Source: Candidatus Bathyarchaeota archaeon (GTDB lineage: Archaea; Thermoproteota; Bathyarchaeia; Bathyarchaeales; Bathycorpusculaceae). From it: a stretch of DNA of 64,000 bases. Shown here piece after piece: positions 12,662 through 22,498 of this stretch. The notes under the pieces were generated by a model that worked only from the letters and a program-made list of their open reading frames with translations, made no database searches and had not been told where the DNA came from. The position numbers were made by a program, and so were the translations under genes. The stretch covers positions 9,909-73,908 of the forward strand of contig CAVZKL010000019.1 of the NCBI GenBank assembly GCA_963775895.1. The letters are read 5' to 3'. Within the stretch, counting starts at the first letter, position 1, and each line of letters opens with the position of its first letter.

Positions 12662-13129
12662 TTAGTACGGTTTCAAAGACCATACTCGAACGGCTTCGTA
12701 CCAGAAAATTGCCGTTACAATGGCTCCGAAAGAGAGAATGAACAGGTTTTCCCTCGTGAAACCTTGCATCAGAACGAGTATGTACGCTGCGTAAAAAGTG
12801 GTGCTGAAAACCGCGTAAAAGAAGTACCTTGGAAACAGCATTCTTCCCAGTTTCACGAAATGTCTCAGAACTCCAATCTTGACTTCACTGACCAAGGAAT
12901 AGTTGCCCCCGACCTCCTGTTTAGCAACCAGGCCCAGCTGTCGCAACTGTTCAAGATGATGTTGCGCTACGCTGGGGCTGCTGAAGTGCAGGAGCTTCTG
13001 AACTTCTCTCACACTCATCGGGCGTCCATTCTTCAACAGAAGCCAATAGACTTTCCAATCCTTGCCCCTGAGCGCGTACTCAAACTCCGTTTCATCATCA
13101 GCGTTCAACAGACCGGTCCACTTCTGCAT
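12662..13129 (-). CDS. Winged-helix regulator with two C-terminal TM helices
   Basis: MSVREVQKLLHFSSPSVAQHHLEQLRQLGLV HTH followed by hydrophobic helices. Confidence 0.8.
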   Translation of the reverse strand: MQKWTGLLNADDETEFEYALRGKDWKVYWLLLKNGRPMSVREVQKLLHFSSPSVAQHHLEQLRQLGLVAKQEVGGNYSLVSEVKIGVLRHFVKLGRMLFPRYFFYAVFSTTFYAAYILVLMQGFTRENLFILSFGAIVTAIFWYEAVRVWSLKPY

Positions 13130-13164
13130 TACAGGTTAGTAACCGTCGCTTATAATTCCAAGTT

Positions 13165-13737
13165 TTAGAACGATTGTTTGAGAGCGTCAAATATCTCCTT
13201 TTCAACTTTTTCCACTGGCTTTCCAGCGTCAAGGATTCGCCATTTTCCCAACGAAGCCAGTGCAAGCGCTTTTCCTCTGATCTTCCGCAATTGCTCCAAG
13301 CTTTCAAACATCTCAAATCGGCTGCGAGTCTGCCGGATTCTTATTTCAGCCTCTTCAGGAAGCACGTCAAGAAAGAACATGTACTTCGACGTTGGAACAG
13401 TCAGAGCGAAAAAGTGGTACGCAACCATGTGAAGGGGCGACGGCAGGTAGGCCGTTCCCATGAGATACCGAACAAAAATGACGTAGTCATACTCCTGCCA
13501 CGAGTACATGATAATGGAACGGACCACATCGAGCATGTAGAAAAGCGCAGATGCGAAGTGAGCGTTCTTTCCTTTCTGGTAGAGAAATCTTCGCGCCTTT
13601 TTGCCGAAGAGATTGTCATTCGAAGGATGGATCCTCAGGAAGACTGTTTTGGCGTTATCTTCAAGTTTTCTATAGAGGCCGAATCCCTGCGTACTCTTGC
13701 CTGATGCGTCTAACCCGTCGATGACTACGAGCACCAT
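13165..13737 (-). CDS. tmk: Thymidylate kinase family protein
   Basis: P-loop IDGLDASGKST, FFLDVLPEEA..RI, FESLEQL. Confidence 0.75.
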   Translation of the reverse strand: MVLVVIDGLDASGKSTQGFGLYRKLEDNAKTVFLRIHPSNDNLFGKKARRFLYQKGKNAHFASALFYMLDVVRSIIMYSWQEYDYVIFVRYLMGTAYLPSPLHMVAYHFFALTVPTSKYMFFLDVLPEEAEIRIRQTRSRFEMFESLEQLRKIRGKALALASLGKWRILDAGKPVEKVEKEIFDALKQSF

Positions 13738-13741
13738 GTGG

Positions 13742-14455
13742 TCATAAGCCGCCTCCGAAGAGCAGAAACGTCAAAACGCTGAACGCGGGAACCGTGAGAT
13801 TGTCAAAACCCATCGGGGAAAAACCTTCTATCAGAGTGACGACTGCTGAAGCGGCAAATACGGCGAGGCCTTTTGATAAGAATGGAAATTGATAAACGTG
13901 TGAAAAGAACATCATACCGAGTCCCAGACTTGCCAGGGAGACAAGAAACATGGCTATGGATCCTTCGAGGCTCTTCTTGGCCACTAGTTTGTACTCGTGT
14001 TTGCCATACTTCTCGCCTATCATTGAGGCTGCAGCATCACCATAAGCCATCGGTAAGATGCCGGCGGCGACGAGGTAGGCTCTGTCAGCGAAAAGTAGAG
14101 CCAGACAAGTGTACGATATCGCGTAGAAGACCAAGCCCCATCGGTGTCCTTCCTCCGTCAAAACTGACAAGCCCTTCAGCCTATCGTTCAAGCCTTTGAA
14201 CGGAGAATAGGGGGTGGCGAGAAAGGTAATCAGTATGAAGGGTGCCGCGACGAGAGTCGGAAAGATCTTGATCGAGAAAAAAGGAATTATGAACGGAAGG
14301 TTTCCAATCATTATGTGCAAGAACTTTCTGGAGGTTTTCTGAGAGGTTTTAAGGATCTTGTCCAGTTTGCCAGAAACCCAGATAACTATGAGTATGTAAA
14401 CGTAGCACAGTAACATCAGGAGAACGTTCCTCAGAGTCTCTTCGAGAACCGTCAA
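13742..14455 (-). CDS. CTP-dependent isoprenoid-alcohol kinase (phytol/dolichol kinase family)
   Basis: SRKFLHI, GDAAASMIGEKYG, KKSLEGS and DNLTVP motifs; polytopic. Confidence 0.85.
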   Translation of the reverse strand: MTVLEETLRNVLLMLLCYVYILIVIWVSGKLDKILKTSQKTSRKFLHIMIGNLPFIIPFFSIKIFPTLVAAPFILITFLATPYSPFKGLNDRLKGLSVLTEEGHRWGLVFYAISYTCLALLFADRAYLVAAGILPMAYGDAAASMIGEKYGKHEYKLVAKKSLEGSIAMFLVSLASLGLGMMFFSHVYQFPFLSKGLAVFAASAVVTLIEGFSPMGFDNLTVPAFSVLTFLLFGGGL

Positions 14456-14456
14456 G

Positions 14457-15317
14457 CTACCACAATGCCCCGGCTATGTAGGCGAAGAGTCCGAAAATGA
14501 ACCAGACCAGTACGGTGTTCTTGACTCTTCTCGCGTTCTCTCTTGAACTATTCTTGAGGAGCATGAATGACCCTGTCACGAGTCCAACGTCGGTCACGGC
14601 GACGAATGGGATGAACCAGAAAGAAACCAGTCTCATTATCCATGGCAGCGGGCTCAACGAGACTGCGGCTAAATAGAAAAGCGCTGCGACGATGGCGGTT
14701 TTCTTGTTGCCGTAACGGACTGCTAGGGTCTTGACGTTCTGTGTCTTGTCTCCTTCGACGTCGACGATGCCCTTCGTTATTTCTCTGCCAGTGTTTGAAA
14801 GGAAAGCCATGGACGCAAAGAGCAGAACGTTCAGTTTGACCTCGTTGGTCATTGCAATGCTGCCATACAGAAACGGTATGGCTACGCAAGCGCTTACGAG
14901 GAAGTTGCCGGGCAAGCCGCTTCTTTTTCCAACGGTCGTGTAGGCCACGAAAATAGCCCACGCCACCACCGCCGTGGCGAGACACAGTGGATAAACAGGG
15001 TTCGTCAAAAAGGCCGCGAGAAATCCTACCGCAGTGAGGATAAGTGCAAAAGCTAGGGCTTCTTTCGGTTTGATCAACCCGCTCGGTATCGGCCGTTTAG
15101 GCTCGTTTATGGCGTCAATTTTGCGATCGTAATAATCGTTTATTGCCATCGAAGCGGCGGTTAACGCGAATCCAGTGACGAAACCGTCTAAAAGACTGGT
15201 CCAGCCTCGACTGAGCCCACTGAAGTCGGAGAGCATTCCTCCGACTATCACGGCTATGCCCATCATGACGCAGTTTATGGGTCGCGTTAAGCGTAGATAG
15301 CCGCTGACTTTGCTCAT
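14457..15317 (-). CDS. Digeranylgeranylglyceryl phosphate synthase (UbiA family)
   Basis: LTRPIN, NDYYDRKIDAINEPKRPIPSG, REITKGIVDVEGD. Confidence 0.9.
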   Translation of the reverse strand: MSKVSGYLRLTRPINCVMMGIAVIVGGMLSDFSGLSRGWTSLLDGFVTGFALTAASMAINDYYDRKIDAINEPKRPIPSGLIKPKEALAFALILTAVGFLAAFLTNPVYPLCLATAVVAWAIFVAYTTVGKRSGLPGNFLVSACVAIPFLYGSIAMTNEVKLNVLLFASMAFLSNTGREITKGIVDVEGDKTQNVKTLAVRYGNKKTAIVAALFYLAAVSLSPLPWIMRLVSFWFIPFVAVTDVGLVTGSFMLLKNSSRENARRVKNTVLVWFIFGLFAYIAGALW

Positions 15318-15573
15318 GATTTTCCAAGCCTTGGCGGATTCTGTTCCATTCGTATGGTGCTGACTAAGTGTGTTCTACGCATTATAAAAGTCAATCTTCC
15401 CGTCTTTTTGTCCCTCAAGCCGCAAAGACCGTGATAATCATTCATTTGCGCCTTGCGCAATTGTGTGCTGTGGTTTTGGGAAGAGAATGCATTCGAATAG
15501 GTTTCTTGTTTTGTTCAGTTAAGTTTAATACGACACATGCACGTAAATCATTGAAGTTTAATGGTGTCGCTGT

Positions 15574-16845
15574 ATGGCTGACGCTTCTGAAATTGAAAAA
15601 CTGAGAGTTATCATACCGGTGGGCGGCAAAGCTACTCGTTTGCTGCCGCTTACCGCTGAGACGAGCAAGGCGTGCATTCGTTTGCTGAACAGGCCTCTCA
15701 TCGAGTTTTCTTTGTTGCCTCTGGCTCGTCAAGGAATAAAGAACTTCATTTTCGGAGTGAAGGGTTACACGAACTACAGGGATCTTCATGATTATTTCGA
15801 GTCTGGCTATGGCTTTTCGGCTAGGTACGATATTGAACCGCGTGTTCACATTAAGTATCAACCGAACATCGAAGATGTGGGCAGCGCGGATTCTGCGTGC
15901 ATCAACATGGATTATTATGATGTTACAGAACCTGTTTTTGCGGTTCAAGGTGACAATATTTTCGACGTTAACGTGAAAGATGTCATTGAATTTCACAAGA
16001 AAAAAGGCGCGGTCATGACGATTGCGCTGCGAAGGGTCGAAAATGTTGAAGGATTCGGGATAGCCGACGTTAACAAGGACATGCGGATTTCACGTTTTGT
16101 TGAAAAACCCTCGCCCAAGGAGGCCCCTTCAGACTTGGCTAACACGGGTTTGTACATGGTCTCCCCAGAAATACGCAAAATCTTCAAAGAAAAGGGCGTG
16201 AAAGACATAATCAAGGAAAAGCACCGCCTCGACTTTGGCTACGACTTCATTCCGTACTTGATCAGTACTGGAAGACCCGTCTACGGTTACACTCTGAAGG
16301 GAAGCTGGTTCGACGTTGGCTCACCCAAGAGATATCTCGAGGCCATGCAGGACATGCTTCACGGAAAGTTTGCACCGCTCACCGATTTCGGCGGAAGACT
16401 GGATGGAGAACAAAAAGTGTGGGTTCAAGGCGAAAGTTCTGAATCCATGAAGAGAAGGCAACAAATAATTAGGAAAATCGAAAAGGGAAAAATCGAAGTC
16501 CAAGGCGCAGTTCTCATAGGGAGACATTGTGAAATCGGGGACGGCGTGAAAATCGTCAACTCCTGTATCGATAACTACACCAAGATTGGCGATGGCACCC
16601 AGATAGAGGGATCCGCAATTATGGATCGTGTAATCGTCGGAGACAAGGCGCAAATCTTGCAAAGCGTCGTGGGACGACACGTAAAAGTGATGTCAAACTC
16701 TCATAAACCCACCATAATTGAATGTGTTTCAACCGTGGCTGATGACGTGATAATAGAAGAAGGATGCAGTCTTTCCGCGACGAAGATATACCCTCATCAA
16801 TACGTGAGAGGGGTCTTCACGAATCAGACTCTAATGCCGAGCTGA
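15574..16845 (+). CDS. NDP-sugar synthase (sugar-1-phosphate nucleotidyltransferase with C-terminal left-handed beta-helix)
   Basis: GGKATRLLPLT, QGDN, FVEKP, ANTGLY, WFDVG and hexapeptide repeats. Confidence 0.9.
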   Translation: MADASEIEKLRVIIPVGGKATRLLPLTAETSKACIRLLNRPLIEFSLLPLARQGIKNFIFGVKGYTNYRDLHDYFESGYGFSARYDIEPRVHIKYQPNIEDVGSADSACINMDYYDVTEPVFAVQGDNIFDVNVKDVIEFHKKKGAVMTIALRRVENVEGFGIADVNKDMRISRFVEKPSPKEAPSDLANTGLYMVSPEIRKIFKEKGVKDIIKEKHRLDFGYDFIPYLISTGRPVYGYTLKGSWFDVGSPKRYLEAMQDMLHGKFAPLTDFGGRLDGEQKVWVQGESSESMKRRQQIIRKIEKGKIEVQGAVLIGRHCEIGDGVKIVNSCIDNYTKIGDGTQIEGSAIMDRVIVGDKAQILQSVVGRHVKVMSNSHKPTIIECVSTVADDVIIEEGCSLSATKIYPHQYVRGVFTNQTLMPS

Positions 16846-16908
16846 GACTAAGCAGAAAATGCGTGTTCTACCGTTTATCGAAGCCATTTTGGGAATTGAG
16901 GCTTCTAA

Positions 16909-17385
16909 ATGAATGTCGACCTGTGCGAGATTCGACGGAAAACAGTTCCTGTGGGTGAGTACATCCTCAGCTTGGAACCAGTTTTCAAGGACAAATTTCT
17001 AGTGAAAAAGCACGTTTATGAATTGCAGCATGATGCCGTAGAGGAACTGCGAAAGGCGGCAGACTGCTTCCTCGTCATAGTCTTCTCCGCTGGATGGTGC
17101 AAAGACTGCGCTGAACAAATTCCAGTCTTGGCACTCCTGGCCGAGGCCACTGGTCTGGAGGTTAGAGTGTTCGGCGGGCTCAAAAAAGATCCGTTGAGTC
17201 ACACCAGTAAATGGAGGATTCCGCCATCACCGCCTGAAGTAACAGCATTTGAAGTCAACGCGATCCCTTTGATGGTAGTTGTTGACTCGAGTGGCAACGA
17301 AATTGGGCGAATAGTTGAGAAACCAAAGATGAAGCCCACGCTTGAACAAGAGCTCCTCGAAATCGTTAAATCTCGACCACGCTGA
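16909..17385 (+). CDS. Thioredoxin-family protein
   Basis: WCKDC motif, AIP cis-Pro, EIGRIVEKP. Confidence 0.85.
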   Translation: MNVDLCEIRRKTVPVGEYILSLEPVFKDKFLVKKHVYELQHDAVEELRKAADCFLVIVFSAGWCKDCAEQIPVLALLAEATGLEVRVFGGLKKDPLSHTSKWRIPPSPPEVTAFEVNAIPLMVVVDSSGNEIGRIVEKPKMKPTLEQELLEIVKSRPR

Positions 17386-17407
17386 CCATTTCAATGCGGC
17401 GTCAATA

Positions 17408-18181
17408 ATGAGCGTGTACGAAAAATTCGCGCAATTTTATGATTTGATCTACAAAGACATAGTGAACTATTCTCGAGAAACAGACGAGTTCGAGACACTA
17501 TTCAAACGGTTTTCCAAGAAGAGACCAGAGAGCATTCTGGATGTCGGTTGCGGCACTGGGTCGCACTCTCTTCTTCTGTCAAAACGAGGATATACTGTGA
17601 CGGGAATCGACATTTCAGAAAGAATGATCGCACTAGCCAAGAACAAAGCATCAAAGGAGGGGCTGAAGGTTGATTTTTCTGTTCAGGACATGCGTAAGCT
17701 TGATCTCGGCAAGAGATTCGATTGTGCCCTGTGCGCCTTTGGAGGATTTGGTTACCTGCTAACGTTTGAAGATCTCAGGGAATTCTTGTCCCATCTGAAG
17801 ATGCATCTGAAACCTGACGGTCTGTTCATGTTTGAATTCTGGAACGTTGGCGGGGTCAGGCCTTCGCCTCTCAAGAGTTGGCTCAAAGTTCAAACTGGGA
17901 CTCTTGTCTTGTACAGACTTTCAGAGTCAAACTTTGACCCGCTCACCAACGTCCTTGCGATAGACTTCCATTTCATTGAGCTTCACAAGAAGAAGCTTGG
18001 AGAAACTTTCAGCGAAACCCACAAGATAAGGTGCTACACTCTGCCTGAAATGAAGAAGTATCTTGAAGATAACGGTTTCAAACTCGTTGAAGCGTTTGAC
18101 TGGAACGCAAGAGACACGAAGGATTTTAAACCGCCCGAAAAGGATTCGTTCAGGATTTTAACAGTGGCCAGACGAGTCTAG
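17408..18181 (+). CDS. Class I SAM-dependent methyltransferase
   Basis: ILDVGCGTG, GIDIS, QDMR, LKPDGLFMF. Confidence 0.9.
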   Translation: MSVYEKFAQFYDLIYKDIVNYSRETDEFETLFKRFSKKRPESILDVGCGTGSHSLLLSKRGYTVTGIDISERMIALAKNKASKEGLKVDFSVQDMRKLDLGKRFDCALCAFGGFGYLLTFEDLREFLSHLKMHLKPDGLFMFEFWNVGGVRPSPLKSWLKVQTGTLVLYRLSESNFDPLTNVLAIDFHFIELHKKKLGETFSETHKIRCYTLPEMKKYLEDNGFKLVEAFDWNARDTKDFKPPEKDSFRILTVARRV

Positions 18182-18735
18182 GCCCTGAACCACTTGAAAA
18201 TCAAATATCTGACTTTCCTTTTTTCAAGGTTGGGCGTCGCTATTATGAATCTTTTTCTCACGGTCGTTGCCAGCCGTCCAGCTTTAACGATTTCCGTGGC
18301 CGTTATCATCGACTCTGTCTTTTTAACTGAAACCATGTACGGCGCGTGCTCAACCCCAGGACCGTGCTTGTACACTGCGAAGTCGCATCCGAACTTTATC
18401 CCTGGCGTGACGATCAGGCCGTTATCTCTTAGATCGCGGTAGACCGAGTATTTTTCATCGAACTCTTCGTAAAGGTTCTTTGCGGTTTTGCTGAGTCTTC
18501 TTACTCCAACTTTGGTTTTCTTCGGGCCCTCGACCACCGTTATCGCTTCTTTTTCAAGCAGGTACAGTCCTTCCATTAGGTCAAGAATGAGTGGGACGTT
18601 GAATTCTGGGATTTTTGGTTTGGCAATTCCGAGTGGTTTGCCGTAGAAGCCTCTTTTGTAAAGTTCTGAGCCTTCTGTCGGGTTCCATACGACCAAGAAG
18701 TTCTCGATGAGTTCTACGCCGATTTTCTTGGGCAT
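18178..18735 (-). CDS. endA: tRNA-intron splicing endonuclease, catalytic subunit
   Basis: VYRDLRDNG, GIKFGCDFAVY, PGVEHAPY and RLATTVRK (Y/H/K triad). Confidence 0.92.
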   Translation of the reverse strand: MPKKIGVELIENFLVVWNPTEGSELYKRGFYGKPLGIAKPKIPEFNVPLILDLMEGLYLLEKEAITVVEGPKKTKVGVRRLSKTAKNLYEEFDEKYSVYRDLRDNGLIVTPGIKFGCDFAVYKHGPGVEHAPYMVSVKKTESMITATEIVKAGRLATTVRKRFIIATPNLEKRKVRYLIFKWFRA

Positions 18736-18750
18736 CCACTGGCTCGCCTG

Positions 18751-19410
18751 TTACATCATGAAGGAAAGAATTCGTGTGGCGTCAGCTGCATCTTCAGACT
18801 TGTCCGCCGAGTCTTCTAGGAGTTGGGTCACGTCTCTTAGCAGTATGAGGGCCGGGAGGTCCATCTTGCTGGTTAGAATTTTTATCTCAAGTTCACGGTA
18901 GATCGTGTCGACCTTGCGTTCAGCAATTTCAACTTCTTTTGCTTTTTCCATCGTTTTTGATGCACCATAGTTGAGGACCATGACTGTTTCTCTGAGTCTC
19001 AGCACAGTTTCAAAAACTGCTTCAGAGAGTTTAAGCAATTCCTTCTTTATGTCCATTGAAACGTTCCAGCGGTGGATTGTGATTTCATTCAGGCGAAAGG
19101 CTATGCCTTCGGAGAAGTCTGCTATCTCGCTTGTCAGGTTCGTGAATCTGAGAAAGTCTTCCCTGCTGAGCAGGATTGCGCCTATCTCCGCCAGTTCCTG
19201 AGATACGAGTCGTCTGGCTTTGTCGACTTCTTCTTCTCCGTTTCTTATTTCGTCGTAGAGTTCTTTTGTCTTCTCTTTGTCGTTTTTCATGAAAAACTCT
19301 ATCATCTGGGGGACTTTCCTAGTTTGGTCCAACACTCTTCGTAAGTGTTCTTGGCAAACGCTTAGCGCTCTTCTCTTCACGCGTTCTTCGGTTTCCGCTG
19401 GTAGGACCAA
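18751..19410 (-). CDS. DUF47/PhoU-like protein
   Basis: EEEVDKARR, REDFLRF, ERKVDTIYR, LEDSADKSEDAAD. Confidence 0.85.
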   Translation of the reverse strand: MVLPAETEERVKRRALSVCQEHLRRVLDQTRKVPQMIEFFMKNDKEKTKELYDEIRNGEEEVDKARRLVSQELAEIGAILLSREDFLRFTNLTSEIADFSEGIAFRLNEITIHRWNVSMDIKKELLKLSEAVFETVLRLRETVMVLNYGASKTMEKAKEVEIAERKVDTIYRELEIKILTSKMDLPALILLRDVTQLLEDSADKSEDAADATRILSFMM

Positions 19411-19492
19411 ACTCTTTCCGCCCGCACAACAGGGTAACTCTTTCTATGCTCAAATGGGCCGTACTCTTATAAAAATTAGCGAATGATAGATT

Positions 19493-21268
19493 TCAAACAG
19501 ACGTGCCCAGCTGGTCAAAACTGATTTTCCGCCTAAAATACTGATGCAGAAGCCTCGGTAATTCGTCGATTTTGGTTCTCACCTGTTTCCAAGAGTCTCG
19601 GTCACGTACTGTGACGGTGTCGTCATTTAGAGTGTCATAATCAACTGTGATGCCTAATTGGACTCCTGTCTCGTCCGCGCGAGCATATCTTCTGCCAATC
19701 GAACCTGACTCATCATACTCAGTCAGGAACCCCTCGTCTGTAAGCTTCTTTTGCACCTCCAACGTTTTCTCTGGCAGTCCGTCTTTGCTCATCAGGGGGT
19801 AAACTGCTACCTGAATGGGCGCGATGTCTCTCGGAAAGCTCATAATCACTCGGTCGTCCTTCAATTGGTAAGCGTATTCTAAGGCAACGTACAGAAGCCT
19901 GTCTATACCAAAACTGGGTTCAACGACGTGAGGAACAAAGTGCCTTCCTCTTTCAACAGTCTTCCTGCGTTGAATGTCTACGTGCTCGGGGAGAATCTTG
20001 AATTTTCCAAGCATGTAGAAACCGTTCTTCTTCAAAGAAGCCTCGAGTTCCTTCGCGTCGACTTTGGCGAGTAGATCTGCCACTCCTGCGGCTTCGCCTT
20101 TAAAGATCGGGCCCAGCCTAGCCATTACGGGTTTGGCTGTGAACTCTTCTTTCTCCATTGGTTTTTCATATTCCTTGAAAACTCGCATGTCTGCGCCAGT
20201 GTGTTGCATGTGGCTTTTCAGATCGTAGTCTGACCTGTCAGCGTGGCCAGAAACTTCGAGCCAACCCCATCGGTCAACGAGGACTTGTTGATCGAAGCTC
20301 TGGCTTGAATAGTGGGCTCTTTCCCACGGGAATTTTTCAATGAATCTCTGTCTGTCTTCGGGAACTCCCAGCTCTACGAGCAGTCGCTTGGCATAAGCCA
20401 TAAAAACGGCTTGCCACTCAAGTTTAACAAGTCCTCGATTCAACGCTTCCTCCACCGTGACTTCTGTGATTTTCTCTGAATCCTTCTCTCTTGTCTCTGT
20501 CGTGAGGAAGCGCAATTTCTCGTCTTTGACGTCTTTCAGAAGGTGACAATCGGGCTCTTCTGGGTCGTAGAAGAACTCCAGGTCTGCTATCGTGAATTCT
20601 CGTACTCTTATCAAACCCTGTCTGGGTGAAATCTCGTTTCTTAAAGCGTGCCCAATTTGCAGGACGCCGAAGGGGAGCTTCTCTCTTGCCAGTCCGAAAA
20701 ACCGGTTGAACTCTACGAAGATGCCCTGTGCAGCTTCGGGTCTTCCGTAGCCGACTGCCTTGGAGTATGGGCCGATGGTGGTTTTGAACATGGTGAGAAA
20801 CGTCTCGGGTGGTCTGAATGTTCCTCCACAGTCTGGGCATCGGATCTTGTTCTTTTCTAATGCCTCACCTATTTCTTGGAGGCTCAGCTTCTCAGCTTCT
20901 GCTTCGCTCAGTCCTGCTAATTCTTCAAGCAGATGATCGGCCCTGAACCTTTTTCCACATTTCGTGCACTCGACAAGGGGTTCTTTGAAGTGGCTAACAT
21001 GGCCCGAGGCTTCAAAAACTTCGGCGGGGGTAATTATGGGCGATTCCGTCTCGAGGATTCCCAGTCTGTTCACGAACAGTTCTCGGAGCTTCTTTTCTAT
21101 GTTCTGTTTCAATCGAGCACCTGGTTCGCCGTAGGTTACGAAACCGCTAACGCCGCCATAGATCTCGTAGGACTGCCAGAAGAAGCCTCGGCGACGGGCT
21201 AGTTCGTTGATGGCTGTGAACTTGTCTGGTGCTTTGGATTTCCTCCGCCATTTTATCAGCCTTCTCAT
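19493..21268 (-). CDS. glyS: Glycine--tRNA ligase (archaeal/eukaryotic dimeric type)
   Basis: RRGFFWQSYEIYGG, RPEAAQGIF, RNEISPRQGLIRVREFT, EPSFGIDR, SIGRRYARADE. Confidence 0.95.
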   Translation of the reverse strand: MRRLIKWRRKSKAPDKFTAINELARRRGFFWQSYEIYGGVSGFVTYGEPGARLKQNIEKKLRELFVNRLGILETESPIITPAEVFEASGHVSHFKEPLVECTKCGKRFRADHLLEELAGLSEAEAEKLSLQEIGEALEKNKIRCPDCGGTFRPPETFLTMFKTTIGPYSKAVGYGRPEAAQGIFVEFNRFFGLAREKLPFGVLQIGHALRNEISPRQGLIRVREFTIADLEFFYDPEEPDCHLLKDVKDEKLRFLTTETREKDSEKITEVTVEEALNRGLVKLEWQAVFMAYAKRLLVELGVPEDRQRFIEKFPWERAHYSSQSFDQQVLVDRWGWLEVSGHADRSDYDLKSHMQHTGADMRVFKEYEKPMEKEEFTAKPVMARLGPIFKGEAAGVADLLAKVDAKELEASLKKNGFYMLGKFKILPEHVDIQRRKTVERGRHFVPHVVEPSFGIDRLLYVALEYAYQLKDDRVIMSFPRDIAPIQVAVYPLMSKDGLPEKTLEVQKKLTDEGFLTEYDESGSIGRRYARADETGVQLGITVDYDTLNDDTVTVRDRDSWKQVRTKIDELPRLLHQYFRRKISFDQLGTSV

Positions 21269-21366
21269 TAAGTAAACGTCTCTCAGACTTTAATCTTGCT
21301 AGAAGCGCGTTTCGTAGAGCAAACCTGAGGAGCAAAATTTAAGGCTAATGACAAATTGAAGAGTAG

Positions 21367-22422
21367 GTGGCGGTTTGCTTGACTAAAGAAGTTCAGCTTC
21401 TCGAAAAACTGTCCAACGCCTTCGGTCCTTCAGGGCTTGAGGAAGATGTCGTCAGAATACTGCGCAAGGAACTTGAAAAGCACGCGGATGAGACTCAAGT
21501 TGACAAGCTTGGAAACATCATCTTCTACCACAAGGGAAAGAAGGGCTATCCACGGGTGATGCTTTGCGCTCACATGGACGAAGTGGGTTTCATAACTACC
21601 TATGTTGAAGATAACGGTTTTCTACGTTTTGATACGCTTGGAGGAATAACCAACAACGTCATACCTGGTCAGAGAGTTCTCTTTAAGGGCGAGAAGGGTT
21701 TTCTAAGAGGAATCGTCGGCACTAAACCTCCGCACATCATGACACCTGAGGAAATCAACAGAATCATACCCAAAGAAGACTTGTTCATCGACGTGGGAGC
21801 GGACAACCTTGCCCAGGCAAACGCAAAGGGTGCCGACGTAGGAATGATGGGCGTTTTCGATGTCGAGTTTCTTGATCTAGGAGATGGATACTTTAGAGGA
21901 AAGGCTTTTGATGACAGAGCCGGTTGCGTCGTTCTAACAGAAGTCTTCAAGGCACTGCAGGATTCCCCGTACAACATCGCTGCGGTGGGATCCGTGCAAG
22001 AAGAGTTGGGGATTCGAGGGGCGAAGACTGCTGCTTGGCAAGTGAATCCTGACTATGGGCTTGCGTTGGAAGGAACCTTCGTTGCAGATGTTCCTGGCAC
22101 CAGACCAGATCGCGTGTCCTCAAAAATAAAGGGTGGACCCGTTTTGACCATTATGGACAGAACATCGTTTACGCATCCTCATGTTCTGAAGACTCTGATA
22201 AGAGCTGGGAGGGGGAACTCCATACCTTTCCAATTCAAGAAGGTGCCAGTGGGCGGAACAGACGCAGGCGCAATTCACCTCACAAAAGCAGGCGTTCCAA
22301 GCGGAACGGTTGCCGTGCCCTGTAGGTACATTCATGGACCGGCTTCAATCATTCATATCGATGATTTGAAGAATACGATAAGGCTCGTGACAGAGTTCGT
22401 CAAAGCCATATCGGCGAAATAA
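21367..22422 (+). CDS. M42 (TET-type) aminopeptidase
   Basis: AHMDEVG, KAFDDR, QEELG, GGTDAG, RYIH. Confidence 0.92.
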   Translation: MAVCLTKEVQLLEKLSNAFGPSGLEEDVVRILRKELEKHADETQVDKLGNIIFYHKGKKGYPRVMLCAHMDEVGFITTYVEDNGFLRFDTLGGITNNVIPGQRVLFKGEKGFLRGIVGTKPPHIMTPEEINRIIPKEDLFIDVGADNLAQANAKGADVGMMGVFDVEFLDLGDGYFRGKAFDDRAGCVVLTEVFKALQDSPYNIAAVGSVQEELGIRGAKTAAWQVNPDYGLALEGTFVADVPGTRPDRVSSKIKGGPVLTIMDRTSFTHPHVLKTLIRAGRGNSIPFQFKKVPVGGTDAGAIHLTKAGVPSGTVAVPCRYIHGPASIIHIDDLKNTIRLVTEFVKAISAK

Positions 22423-22498
22423 GTTCGTTTTGGAGAGTGGTATCTGTATTGCGTGGGGGAAGCAGCGTAGCCTTTTTTAAGGCTCGGCAAATAAGAGC

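Noticed and set aside
13165-13737. Thymidylate kinase with DRY changed to VRY as an inactive pseudo-enzyme
   Set aside because: The P-loop and catalytic Arg are intact and the ORF is uninterrupted, so there is no evidence of inactivation from sequence alone.
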